A stretch of 64,000 nt of DNA, from NCBI RefSeq assembly GCF_009834535.1, contig NC_045697.1, positions 56,174,001-56,238,000 on the forward strand. The letters are read 5' to 3'. Position 1 is the stretch's first letter. Each line of letters opens with the position of its first letter. The translations under genes were made by a program, and so were the position numbers. The DNA comes from Camelus ferus. Taxonomy: Eukaryota. The notes under the pieces are model-generated. The model saw only the letters and a list, made by a program, of their open reading frames with translations, was not told the DNA's origin and searched no databases. Positions 39,560 to 52,960 of the stretch are shown piece by piece.

Positions 39560-40490
39560 TACAGTTTTCCTTCTATACCTCTATTTGGATTTCTTTAGCC
39601 GCCTCAAATTAAATAATACTTTAAACGCAATCGTTATCTTCCCCCAACACATTTCATAACTAGTGTTCTCTATCTGAGAAAATGGCACCAGTATTGCAGT
39701 TTAAGCCAGGCACCTTAGAGTCATTCTGAGGATTTCTCACTCATGCATCTGATTTATTAAATGTGTCATGAAATCTTGCTGATTGTACTTCACACTTATC
39801 TCTTGAATTCACCTACTCTTGTCTATCACTGCTGGAACCACTCTTGCCCATTTCCAGACCAGTGCAACAGAAACAAAAGGGCCAAATGCCTCCATCCATG
39901 TTCCTCTCCAGTCCATTGCCCATGCTTCTGTGAAATGATCTCTTAAACACCACTTTGATCGTATTATTTCCCTACTTAAAACTTTGTAATGACTTATTTT
40001 TACCCATAAATTTAAAGTGCCAAATAATAGAAACGATTAGGTGTTTCTGATTTGATATCCTCTTCCCTCACATCATCTCTGTCTCTTTATTCCTACACTC
40101 CCCCTGATTGGTTTTATTTTGTTTCGTTTTTTGGTTTTCTCCATCTCCTGATTTGCTCTCCTCCTCTTTTGGTTCTCTGAGAAGATTTCACCCTCTAAGA
40201 CTCTGCAATACTCCTCCTCAGATGGGATACTTTTCCTGATCTTGACACCTCAGCAGAGACTCAGCTTCCTAAGGGAAGTCTTCTTTGGCATGCCAGGCTA
40301 AATTTGGTGTCTATATTCACTCCCATGCTCTTTCTCTTTCCTGGCATAATCATATTTATAATTATTTGTGCAGCACCTTTAAGACTCATAAAGGCCGGAC
40401 CGTGTCTGGCTTTTTCACCTTCGTAACCCAGTACCAAGCAAAATTTATGGCCCACCACCTGCAGAAAGCATTTTGTTCAACAACTGAACA
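39560..40490 (+). mobile_element. Degenerate L2 3' region
   Basis: tctatttggat...cctcaaattaaataat...aatggcacca...cttagagtcattct...atttccctacttaaaacttt...tttgttcaacaactgaa. Confidence 0.65.
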
Positions 40491-42254
40491 GAAAGATACA
40501 TTTATCTACTTTTTACTTACATTTCTATTATTTCCTATTTCCAACGTTCCCATGGATTTGATCAACAGTGTTATATATACTATCGTATAAAGTCTTTAAA
40601 CTAAAAGGCACTGGTTAAAAAGAAATGACTTTTGTTTCAGGAAAGATAAATGAGTTCCTAATATGCAGAACGTGTGGATTGACAGTTCATTTCTTTGAAA
40701 GCAAATCGTGTTTAAAGTGAGAATGGGTTTATTGAAAAGGATAAAAGAAGAAAAATTGGATAACTTAGCTAAGAATGGTACTGGCTGCTACAGCAATCCT
40801 ATTATAAGAAAAAGAATATTTTAAATCTTCTCCTAATCATTTAACTACAAGAATGTCCCTAATACTATCAAAAAGCTCTTCTTATCTTTCAAATACCTTC
40901 ACATTTTCTCTGAATTTATAAGAGCATTAAGGCTTTACTATCGCTATAATTAGATCTTCTGAAAAAAGTACCTTCTCATTTTTGTCAATTCCTGATTATT
41001 CATGGTGATGGCAGGAAGCCTTAGCATGGATTACTAAAACTCAAGATCATTTATAGCACATGAAAATTAGCCCCACTTCATTATGTATATCAAAAAATTC
41101 TATGGAAATACAAGTTTATCTTTAAGCTTTAGCAAATGTTCATTGATGCTTAAATAAATACTTTTAAATCTATATAGTGAATTTTAAAAAAAGGAAAAAA
41201 TATAGGTGGTTGATTTGCTTTATTTTAACTAAGCTCTAAAAAGTCATCAAATCATCAGTTCAGTGGTCTTCAATCGGCCCATAGGAGGCAATTGGAATAT
41301 TGAAGGTTGGCTTTATTATCAATCAAGAAGAAAGAAAAATACAAGAGTCCAGAGAATCTACAGAAGAAAAAGATTTACTTTGTTAGCGTTCACTTACCTT
41401 ACCACCAACTTAACAAGGGTATCAAAGAACCTTTTCTTCAAGTGAGTCTGAACAGTTCAGTTACATTCTTCATGCCATGCCACTCAAGCATGAGCTGCAG
41501 AACACTATGTGAACACTTTCTGTGGTCAAATACCGTGATAAGTATTGTCAGTACAGAATTGAATAAGGCACATTTTTTACCCTTTGTAGAGCACTATTGT
41601 TTTTATAATGCAAACCTGGCTGATACTAGAATAGACAGATGTTGAATCAGTGAGAACCTCAAAAGGAAAGTTCTAAAATGGAGCAAAATATAAATAAATG
41701 CCTAAACTCTGACTCCTCCTGAAATCAATATAATGTGATTGATATACCAGCTCAATCATGAATTCTCTTCATTGTAACAGAATTTGTGAAGCTATTGGCA
41801 CCTATTAATTAGTTTATTAATTAAACCACAGAATTTTAGCCCCAACTGTGTACCCTGCCATTCTCTGAGCATAGTGGAAAATTCTGCATTTCTTCAACAT
41901 AAGCTGTATTAATAATAGCGAAAATGAAAATTATACTCAAAGCAGTACTTCAGTGTTAAATACATATTCAGTATTTATTTAGAATATAATTTGATAGAAG
42001 CTCCTATGGCATAAAAATCATTAAAAATATATATATTCCCAACATGTTTCATTTAAATACTTAAAATAAATATTTGATTATCTGAATGAATAGCTTGTTA
42101 TTTATGATTCAGAAGCCTATGAAAAAATTTTGAACTTATGAAAAGATGGTGTTATATGTAATCTATGTATGCTAGTCAAAATAATGACATTATTCACAAA
42201 GCAAACACTGCATCTGTTCTGGGGAAAAGCTTAGTCTCTTATTTCTTTTGACAG

Positions 42255-42410
42255 TGTGCAGACCTGGGTTCTTCAAAGCCTCACCTCACAGCCAGAGCTG
42301 CAGCAAATGTCCACCTCACAGTTACACCCATGAGGAAGCTTCAACCTCTTGTGTCTGTGAAAAGGATTATTTCAGGAGGGAGTCTGATCCACCCACAATG
42401 GCATGCACAA
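42255..42410 (+). CDS. EPHA5: EPHA5 internal coding exon (likely exon 4): EGF-like/Cys-rich ectodomain segment
   Basis: Acceptor ttcttttgacAG (42253-54), donor GTaagg (42411); 156 nt, phase 1-1. Encodes (V)CRPGFFKASPHSQSCSKCPPHSYTHEEASTSCVCEKDYFRRESDPPTMACT, recognisable as EphA5. Confidence 0.97.
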
Positions 42411-45400
42411 GTAAGGAAACCCACGGATATTTGGTGATGCTGACTTTCACCAGTTTGAAGAAAGAGCATGATGGAGCCTGTTAACATTCTATTCCCATTT
42501 CCCCACAACAGGCATAATGGTTAATCTTCCAATAGAGTATGTCACCAGATTTCAGTCTTCTTGAATGAGCATTGAGAAATTTGAGTCTCTTTTATCACTT
42601 ACGGTTAGAAGCATCCCTTTCCCCTAATTTCAAATTCAACATCTGAGCCACAAATACAGCATTTTTCCTTTTGTTTTATGATTTGTTTTAGTGTTCATGA
42701 TAGCTACACATAACTTTGATAAATTCATTTCCTTGTTCCTGGTAAACCTATTTTATTTTTCTTCCTCTTCTTCTTCTTCTTCCTAGCCAACTTTCTGATC
42801 ACAAAAATATGCAGTAAATAGCACTTCCACCTCCTTGTTCTAACCTGCCCCACTAAGCTGCAGAGGCCATTTATAAAAGAAGACAGGAAACACTACAAGA
42901 ACATGGAGAACTGGGGGTTAGCAAGTCAGACTTGAGTCAAATACAAAACCAGGTGTCAGCTAGAATTTTCAAGTATTTGTTGTGTTTATGAATAGTGAGT
43001 GCTTTTAACTATTATTAATTATAAGATCAGGTAATCTTAAAATTAGAAGAGATGAATATTAAACATTTAATTCCAACATTTGTAGTGGATGCATCCATAT
43101 CTATCAATGTTTTGGTGCTTTGTTTTTCTTATATTCCAGATTATTTTGGGGAAGTAAACAAATCTATATGTTAGTTTTCTTAATGACAATACGTCTTTAT
43201 TTTCTCCACAATCATAGTCTCCATAACAGATCAAACAAAAACAGAAAATGAAAGGGAAGAACAGTGAATCCCCTTTCCCCATAACATTAAATTTCCATGA
43301 TGTCCCATGTCCTACTATTTTAGATCCCAGTAAGTTGTAGTTGCTTTCAAAGATGAACAAAAATTTTTGAAATTTAATATTCACTAGTATTATGTATAAA
43401 GACATATAACTTCTTTAATCAAATAATCACAAACTGAAATTTCATCTGAATTTCAGTGTCTGAATGTCATAGTTTCAGTGAAACATATTTTCATAATTTC
43501 TCAAATCATTGATATTGAGTTTACATTTCTAACAATCATTCTTTTATCACATTCTGATAATTTTATGGGTTAGATGATCACTAATTACAAACAATTCATC
43601 TTCAAATGAATAAGCAGCATTATTATATACATTTTTTGAAAGGATACATTTGAATGGAGGTATAAACTGATTGAATGTAATGCATCTTGGTTGCAGTGGA
43701 GATTGCTTCAATTATTCAGAGCCAAAGAAAGCCCAGATGGTGGGGGTGAAAAGTTAGCTAGATCATAGAGTGGTAATTTAGGGAGAGAAAACCATGTTTT
43801 GAATTACTGGCATTTCATTAAGTTTTTAAGTATTTTATTTAAGTGGTCCAGCCATGATCTTTCTCTTTCTCAGCATAAATGTGAGCCTCCCTTTCTGTAA
43901 GTTTACAAGGTTTGGGAATGGGGGAGAGCCCGTGCTCTGGTGGCAGGGACTGCTTAGCTCTCTGTTAGGACCTGAGGCTTCATGTTTTCCTCTGTCTCCA
44001 GGTGTGTGAATTTCCAATACTGTGTCTCAAAAGAACACTAATTTGTATGCATTTCTCAAAAACAACTATTGGGACTCCTGTAGGAGGTCTTTCTAATATA
44101 TAATCTGTGAGTGTGTGTGTTCTGTTTTTACTTGCATTCATTGTACCACAAGTACTGCATATGATGACCCCCTTGAACAGAGGAGATGGCTTGATTGATG
44201 TCTCTTTGGCTCTCTGGAATTAAATTTATGATTTCAACTCCTTCTAATATTTTTTCTAGTACTCTGGAAAACAAAATGTTGTAAACTTCTAGGGAAAGAA
44301 AATCAAACAAAATTAAGATTCTAATAAATCTGCTTACATTAAGGGTACTCCTCACAGCCCAGCTTTGGTTCATACATCGCATCTATTAATAGGACAGTGG
44401 AATTTCATTACATTATTTTTAGGTATATGTCAGTCTGAGCCTCTACTGGTTATGTCTTGGAGCTTCCCTTGAATGTGAGTTTCACTTTGAGTTTGAGAGG
44501 CATATGTGTCCCCACCCACATGCTGAGGGGCTGTTAGTAGCAGAGTCTGAAGAAAAGGAAGGGGCAGACTCTGATGCAGGGTTACAGATTTAGAGAGAGG
44601 AAAGGTGTTAACTGTGGGTATATTTCCGTTAGCAGGGGAAAAAAGTCAAGAAGTTTGATATCTTTCTGAAATAGACATATTTCAAGTAGATTTCACCTTT
44701 TTACAGAAATAGACCTGTAACATTTTAATCTCAAATTGCATTTTTTTCTGTAACGTTCCACTGTTAAATAAGCTAAATGTAATAGTAAAAAATAATACTT
44801 GTATTTCCAACTTAAATATTTGTTTCAACTTAAAAGTGACTGTTTTATATTGAAGTGTGTGAGGTTGTATGGGAAATTTACAGGACTCAACCACAAATAT
44901 AGCCAAGGTGGGGACTGTTTTGTCAAAAATGGCAACTCTTACGTTAATGGAGTTCTTTAAGTGAAATTTTACAAATACGAGGTAGCTTTCTTTTTACATT
45001 TACAGTTAGTCCTCAGCAGTCATGGCTTAATAAATGTTAGGTAGAAATTTATACTAATTTCTGTATCTAAAGCAGACAGCGTATATTAAGATAACTAAGA
45101 TATGTCATCCTAAGTAGCTTAATTTATGCTTATGAACCGTTCAGCTACCATCACAGTCGATTTTATTCCCTGTTGGGAAATCTTTACTAAGTTTGAAACA
45201 AATTTAGGTGTATTTTCTCTTTGAGTACATCAGATCATATAATATTAACAGCTGACTGAGGTTGTAACTCTAAATATCTGAAAATCTACTACAGAGCCAG
45301 ACATTATGCAATTATTTTAGACTTTATTTTTTTAGAGCTGTTTTAAGCTCATAAAAAAACTGAGAGGAAATTAGAGAGATTTCCCATACGTCCCCTGCTG

Positions 45401-46362
45401 GCACACATGCATAGCCTCCCCATTATCCACATCCCCCACCAGAGTTATACATTTGCTACAATTGATATGTAACCGATGTTAGTTCTCTTTAGTCTGCTAA
45501 GTATTGGTTTCAGAAATAAAGCAATGTGCACACGGGTATTATTTCTTATTTATATATAAATTTATCCTGCTGATCTTTTCAAGGTCTGAGCATGTTCATT
45601 CTTCCTTTCATTGTATTTTTGAGAGTTATTTTTAAAATCAGTTTTACATTTCCAGTTAAGTAAAATTCACAATTTTTCAGAGCCGTAATATTAAAATGAT
45701 ATCAATGTAAGCAAAATTTTATTGCAGATTGTAGTGTTGATCAACTACTTAAATTCTAGTTCTATCTTGGTATATGAGGAAGGGTCTAATTTTGTTAATG
45801 ATTGATCAGTAGATATGCAATGTATTTTGAATAAACTAAGGCTATTTTTTTTAACTTCCTGCAGAATTTGTAGTCAAGAGCCACAGTGAAAATTCCTATT
45901 TCTACCTGTGCTCCTTGCTTAGTAAATACTTCAGATTTACTTCCTAGGTTTCAGGGACAAGTATCTGTGAGGGAAGTAATCAGTTCAGTCCCCAAGGAAA
46001 ATTTTTCCTTGGACTTGCTGAAGAACTTGCCACTGTTTGAATACATAATTTTATCTCACATTACTTTTTGTTTTTACTCCATAATGCTTTACATATACAC
46101 TAAACAAAACATCTTCTTTAATTTAACTCATAAGATTGCCAAGATAAGTCATTTCTATAGGATATAAACCCCACTATTGTCCCTACAAAACTATAACAAG
46201 ATTTTTCAAAGATTATTACAAATTGATGACTCTTGCATTCTCCCTGCTTAAAAGATTGATTGCAAATCTGTTTTTTCCCTCAGACCAGAGATTTGTGTAG
46301 TAAACAAATGCCTAATTTTATCATCTCAAAATTTGTTTTTTTCACTTTACTTTGCAAACCAG
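42411..46362 (+). other. EPHA5: EPHA5 intron between the two exons (3952 bp, GT-AG)
   Basis: Canonical splice sites; the reading frame is continuous after splicing. Confidence 0.93.
45315..45467 (-). mobile_element. Old L1 (L1MB/MC-type) 3' end fragment
   Basis: tttttagagctgttttaagctca...ttcccata...cacatgcatagcctcccc...catttgctacaattgat. Confidence 0.8.
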
Positions 46363-46698
46363 GACCCCCCTCAGCTCCTCGGAATGCCATCTCAAATGTT
46401 AATGAAACTAGTGTCTTTCTGGAATGGATTCCTCCTGCTGACACTGGTGGAAGGAAAGATGTGTCATATTATATTGCATGCAAGAAGTGCAACTCCCATG
46501 CAGGTGTGTGTGACGAGTGTGGCGGTCATGTCAGGTACCTCCCCCAGCAAACCGGCCTGAAAAACACCTCTGTCATGATGGTGGATCTGCTCGCTCACAC
46601 AAACTATACCTTTGAGATTGAGGCAGTGAATGGAGTGTCCGACTTGAGCCCTGGAGCCCGGCAGTATGTGTCTGTAAATGTAACCACAAATCAAGCAG
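46363..46698 (+). CDS. EPHA5: EPHA5 internal coding exon (likely exon 5): first fibronectin type III domain
   Basis: Acceptor tttgcaaaccAG (46361-62), donor cag|GTaagt (46699); 336 nt, phase 1-1. Joins the previous exon in frame (A|GA=Arg). Encodes [22 protein letters not shown]...[12 protein letters not shown]...VTTNQA with N-glycosylation sequons NET, NTS, NYT, NVT. Confidence 0.97.
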
Positions 46699-49600
46699 GT
46701 AAGTGTGATGTCCAACCAAATCATGTACCTTAGGCTGTATCTCCACAGCTGAGCGCCAAGTTGCCTGAGACCTGTTAGAGAACTTCCCATTATCCAGAGG
46801 GTTAGGATTTAAATTCGAAACATCTTGAAATGCTTTTTTTTTTTTTTTTTCAGTTTTAAACAAATAAAAGCTAAAGCTTTCTTAGCAGACACAGCCATGG
46901 ACAGAAAAAAAGAGAGAGATTTTAATTGAATTTTTTCATTAGAAAATACATCTTTGGCTCAAATCCATTGGCTAGCAATTATTTTTTATCCCAAAATTTC
47001 ACACAAGGCAATTATTGTAGCTCAGATCTACATTTTTGGTGCTTTGTTTACTTTAAGTTTTTTTGTTTTATTCATTAATTTGGCTGTAATCAAGCAGGTT
47101 TTATTTGCTTGGTTGTTTGGCACCACAGCTGAATTTCTTTTGCAGATTGCAATAGGGTTTTCTTATTATTTCTGTCACTCTTGTTATAAAAATGCATGAG
47201 GTAATTTTTCTTTGATAAATCTGTTTAGCAAAATTAAAATAACTATGAACTATTGTGCAACTACCATAGATGTGAAAGTACATCTCTACTCCATAGGAAG
47301 ATCTTGGAAATACTCGGGAGTAATTATTAGGGAGCAAAGAAAACAGTTCTGCTTGAACTGCTAATTCCCCTAAAGGTTCCCCTCACATACTCCATTTTAA
47401 GTAAATCAATGTAGAGGGCTTCTCTTCTGCTAAAATAAAAACCAAAGGTAAACTATGGCTGAATTAAATGTAATTTACCCTCTATTCCTTGTCCACAGCT
47501 CTCAGTGCAGGGGCATACGCTTGTTACCTTAACAGTGCCTCAGATGGACTTTGGTCAGTGAGGACATCCTTGCCAGTAGAGCTCACAGTAGAATAGGATG
47601 TGTTTGACCAAATCAAATTAGACTTAATTCATATAATGTTAGTCTAAGTTTGTAGGTGGTAGATGATCTAGTTGACAAGAGTATGCTGTTGTAATCAAGT
47701 CTTCACTGAAATAATGTGAATTATTGGGTGTGTCAGGTAAATGAAGTGATTATCTTTTGAAAAGAAGAAAAACACATGCCATTGAGTTCATAGTTATTTT
47801 TGATTGCTATACCTGAGGGAAACATTCAGAAGTAGCCCAGACGATATAAAGATATTTGAGTAATTCACTGAGTCATTCTACGCACTCTAGATGTTCTCAT
47901 CCATGTTGAGTATGTGTTCACAGCACTGTTTTTATTCCATGAGAAAAAACACTGTACACACATCTATCACTTTCCTCAGTGAGTCCTGTATATTTTTCTC
48001 TGTTTACTCCCTAATCTAAGGTCAAACTAATAAAAGTGCTTAAGAACTAGACAAAAATAGTGAAAAATAAGTTTTCCTTCAGTTATAGACTCAGCTGCTG
48101 GCAATACTAGTGTATGTCATTTTTCCATCACAGTTTCTAGATGCCACAAGCATTCTGTGAATGTGAACTATCTTCCCACATCAGAAAAGTATTAGCATTA
48201 AACATACAATTTCAGGTTTCATATGCAACATTTTTCAAGCTTACTTGCTTCTGCATGTGAATCTTCCATCAACATACTGAAAGCATACTGAGCAGGCATT
48301 AAGAGTTGTATTCCTTTGGGATAATATTGTTTAGCTTGCATAACCTTAACTTCTTTGAAAGATATTTCTCTCATGAACTAGATGTAGGAAATGACTGTTT
48401 ATATTTAAAATAATGAGATTAATAAGTATTTGCTGTAGTTATCTTTTACTTGCTGACCTGTTAGGATGCAAAGCGTGTTTTTTGAATTATAAATACTTTA
48501 AATACCAAGAAAGAATAATTTTCATCCAGCTGTTCAAGGCACGGCTATCATGTAAAGCAAACATTTGTATTCAGAGCAGACATTTTGTTGACTTTTAGTT
48601 GCAGCTTTTTTCCCTACTTTCTCAGAATACACATACTGTAAAATTCTTGCAAATCTACCAAAAAAATAAAAATTAAAAAATAAAAATATCAGTATCTTAC
48701 ATTCCAGACTAACCAAATCTCAGTTTCCACAAAATCTTATATTTAATTCCACTGTGCTGGACATTTATCAAGTACCAACATTGTAGAAAGTGTAATAGTT
48801 GGTTTTAATGTTTGAATATTTTTTCAGCATTAAACTGAAGAAAGTTATCTGTACTGGATTTTATATAAAACTTCTTTCAGTACATTTTCACTTCCATTTC
48901 CATCTCCTCTAAGGAGTGTTTTTTTGAGAAATGCATTTTTCTTAATTGATTTGTTTCAAATTTATATTTTTTTGTCATTTTCTGATTGATTGATGTTTGT
49001 GAAATCAGTGTGATGTATGAACTGTCCAGATTCAAAATTATAGCCAAAAAGTACAAGAAGAAAATAGTAATTTTTTCAAGATGAGAATCTTGTATTAAGC
49101 TAGAAACTGAGATTGATTAGGTAACCCTGGCTGATCTCAGTCTCTAAAAGAAAATAATGATTTCATGCCAAGGATAGTGATTAAATGATTCATTTATGGA
49201 TGTCTATACAGCATTTAAGACGTTTTCCAACCACTGTATCATTATGGAGTCTAGCATTTTGCTTTTGTGAGAAGTTGTCTGAATTCAAATGATACTTTTT
49301 TGCATATAGTTTAATAGTCTAGTAAAACATGAAGTCTTAGGAAAAGCTAAATACTACAATTAGTTGGAATTTATGGTCCTTCTAAAGTGCAGCAAATAGT
49401 ACTGAGGTTGACAGGAAAGAATGGGAAAATTGTTGTGGGGATTATCATGATGTGGTCAGCAAACAAACACATATGAAGGGGAGGATCAAGAAATGAAATT
49501 ACCTACAAAAAGGTAAAAGAATGCTGTGTGTGAGAAGGGGAAACCGACAGGAAAATAAAATGTGAATATGTTCATTATGTAAGGAACTCAACAAATAGTC

Positions 49601-50201
49601 AAATTGTAAATTGGATAAAATGATGGATATATAAACCATCCTTTATCAAACTCAAACTTAGAAAAGGCATAAAATTCATTGAGTTTCTCCAGTTTTTTAG
49701 TGAGTTTGTCTTTCTTACACAATTCATTCTTTTAAAAAAAAATTGACCTAATTATTTTGCAAAGAAGTATTTAGATTATTTACATGACAACACTTCTATT
49801 GTTCACTCCTATTGTTCTTCTGTTTTACTATTTTAGGGCATCTAAAATATGTACCTGCTAGATAGATGGATAGATAGGTAGATGAAGAGTGATATATCGA
49901 CATAGTGTGAAAATTAAAAATCCCATTGAAAGCAGTTACTTTAAATGTTTCATTATTTGCTCACAAATGAGTGTGCATTTATCATATTCTTCTATAAAGA
50001 GATTTTTAAAGTTTTTATTTTAAAATAATTTTGCACTAGACATACTTTATCCAGAGTTACATCTTAAAGCTCTTTTAATATGTATAAATGTACAACTTAT
50101 CTTGAGAAAGATTTAGCTTATTCTAACTGAAGAAACAAAAGTATTAGTACTTCAATATGCAAAGGTACAGAATCCTAATTCTGAGCTGAAATAGACCAAG
50201 A

Positions 50202-50321
50202 TTTTTTTTTTCTTTTTAATTGAAGTATAGTTAGTTATTATGTGTCAATTTCTGGTGTACAGCATAATATTCCAGTCATGCATATATATACATATATTAA
50301 TTTTCATATTCTTTTTCATTA
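50202..50321 (-). mobile_element. Short L1 3'-end fragment
   Basis: T-run then attgaagtatagtt...gtgtcaatttctggtgtacagcataat; nearly identical to 10470-10570 reversed and to 28075-28172. Confidence 0.88.
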
Positions 50322-50339
50322 ATTGCTAGATTCACATGA

Positions 50340-52960
50340 TATGAGTTGCAAAGTACAACAAATGTTTTGGAGGGGGTGTCCCAATCTGTCCCAGGCTATT
50401 AGAAATATCACTAAGAAATGTGGTTCCTATATTTTGAAGGGTTTTATTTCTTGGATCTTGCAAAGGTCTCTGGGGGATGTGATAATTCCATTTAATGGAG
50501 TACTTTCAGTTTGGTGTCATTCATGTAGTTGTCCAGCATGATGTCTCATAGGATGTCGAGATGATCAGGGTTCCTGAGACCCAATTACACTGTAGAGTTG
50601 GAAATTAAGGAGAATGCTGAAACAGTAAAGTAAAATTATACAGTTGTCCCTGAGAAGGGGGCAACAGATATTTTTTGTTGGTTTATCAAGATGTAAAAAA
50701 AAAAAAAAAATTCATTGTCGCTTGCTAGACCATTCATTGTTACTGTGATAACTCTGAGGGTCCTTGTTGATTTTCTTCAGTGGAGAGAACCTATAGGTTG
50801 TATTTGCAATCACCACTTGATTAAATGTATTGTTATTTGCCAAGATTAGTTTGTCTTTTATACAGACTGAACAGGAAATTTAAATCTGCGTGTTTGGAAT
50901 CCCCACTCTTGACTCTTCCATTTTCTTATCATGTCACTAATTGCTGCATTTCTCTATGGATCCACTAAAGATGTGTGCTTGCTCTTTTGGTAGGCTGCAG
51001 ATGCTTTAGGTTGGTCGTTACTACAGTTTTACAGCTTTTTACCACATGGGTTTCAGAGACAGAGATTTCTTTCAGTTGAAGAGTAAAACTTCCAAATATA
51101 TACCAATGACTTGGTGAAATAATCAAAGGATTGAATAGAGGCATCACTGCACCAATTGTAATATGGGGTCAGGACAAAATCTCAGTCATCACATTACCCC
51201 GATAGCCTCCCCTCAGATCAGTGTTTCTTAGTGGTATTCTGGACCCACGGGGATTAGTGTTGGCTCAGAGGCAGTTATTTTAATAATCAGAGAGGTCTGT
51301 GTTCTATATCCTAGTTTCTAGATCTAAATTTAGATCTAGAAATCTAAATTTTATAATCTGGGCAGTGACACTCCCCTCCTGCTTATTTAGAAATGGCCAG
51401 AGACACCTCTCAGAATGGCTAAAAGGGAAGATGTACAGTATTGACATATGCTGCTTTACACGGTCCTTCTTAAGGACAGTCACCTTCCTCTTCATTTAAG
51501 GGGCTGGGGTAAGTAAGCTCCCTTAGGTCTGGGAATTGGTAAGCAACCGTGACTAACTGGGTCACTAAATTTTTATTTGGATTTCTTAGACCTTGCTATC
51601 ATTGGTGATACAGATCAAAAGGCCCATTGCTTCAGTCGCTAAATGCTGTCGTACTTGACTTTTTCCAGTCACATCTGCTACCCATTATGAAGTCTGTGCT
51701 CACTTTCCTTCTAGTGGTAAAGTGCCACTACTTGACCTTTGCCTCACCTAAACCCTAAAGAAATCAAGAAATCATTTCACTGTAGGTCTAATCTCTGTAT
51801 TCTCAAGTCTGGAGAACAGAAATTATAGAGATTTTGTTTATAAGGATGGCACTGTCCTCATCAATTTATTTCTCATCATTATCGTAAATAAAGTGTCTTC
51901 TGGGTCCTTTGTGAAGATGCAATTATTGCATAGTTTCATAAGTCTTAGCAAATAAATCCACTTTAACATTCCCATTTCAGTAGGTCCCAGTTTCTTCTTC
52001 TACATTAAAACAAGGAATTCCTAATATCTGAACTTTATACTTTGTCCACCTTTCAGTCCAGATTTTGGTCAATAGGTTGAAGAAGCACTTAGCACTTGTG
52101 CTAGCTACTTGGAGAAGCACACTGAATCCAGAATCTCTAATCATGCATTCGTACCAGCTTAAATTAAACCGTTTCTCACTCCTCCATAAGGAACACATAA
52201 AACCTATTTTCACACATGCTCCCTGTGCTTCAGTTTAAGTTATAGAATCTTGTGAGACTCATATTCAGGAAGCTTCTTGTCCCCAGGGTTGACTAGATAA
52301 TTGGCTCCCAAGAGGATGTTGGGATCTTGAGTTCGGATGAAGTAATAGGTTTGGGCAGGAAGACAATTACTTCCTTTTCTTAGTTAATGATCTTAGATAA
52401 GATGTGGACTTGATATTGAAAACATGAAGGAACAGCTTCCTTAGTCAGCTGTGGAACAACTTAATGGTAGCAAGAGAGACTCGGTAAGTTTTAGACGTTG
52501 AGAGTATTTTGAATCACCTGAATTCTCCCACATATTCGCTTTCCAGTGCTCAGGATTTCACTTGTTTTTCAGTCAATGGCCTCATTTTCTCATATAGCAA
52601 GGCAATAAAGTCAATCATCTTCACAGTTTAGGAATTCTGTGGGATGAGACTTGCTTTTTGATGTGCAGTTCTGTTATCCTTTCCACTGTCAGAGGACATG
52701 AGATACTTCTGACATGAAGACTCTCTGATTATCTCAGTATGACTTGAGCAGAGAATTTAAACTTTAAAAAGCTTATTTTATTTCTTTAAATTCTGCTGTG
52801 CAGATAGACACAGCCTGTCCTTCTTATATTTCTTGTATTTCTCATGCTTTTATAGTATCAAAACAGATGGAATTTGGTCACCAAAAATATTACCATCAAG
52901 AATCACTTTATTGAGATGACCAGAGGTGATGAGACATAAGCCACTATCTGTCAGGTGTCA
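50340..52960 (-). mobile_element. Ancient class III (ERV-L-like) internal remnant: gag-pro-RT
   Basis: Manual minus-strand translation gives RDSGFSV...IWTERW...PCFNVEE (gag, 51990-52140), SERCLWPF (~51390-51415), ASEPTLIP (protease, ~51250-51273) and DIMLDNYMNDT (decayed VHYIDD, 50513-50545). The order matches ERV-L proteins as I recall them. Confidence 0.75.

Noticed and set aside
42411..42484. Read-through isoform after the 156-nt exon (adds SKETHG...GAC and a stop)
   Set aside because: No AATAAA seen in the next several hundred bases; a short open extension is expected by chance.
46464..46863. Antisense ORFs over the FN1 exon
   Set aside because: Shadow frames of the EPHA5 coding exon.
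51220..51370. MER5 DNA transposon suggested by the cagtgtttct start and the palindrome
   Set aside because: Better explained as the ERV-L protease region on the minus strand.
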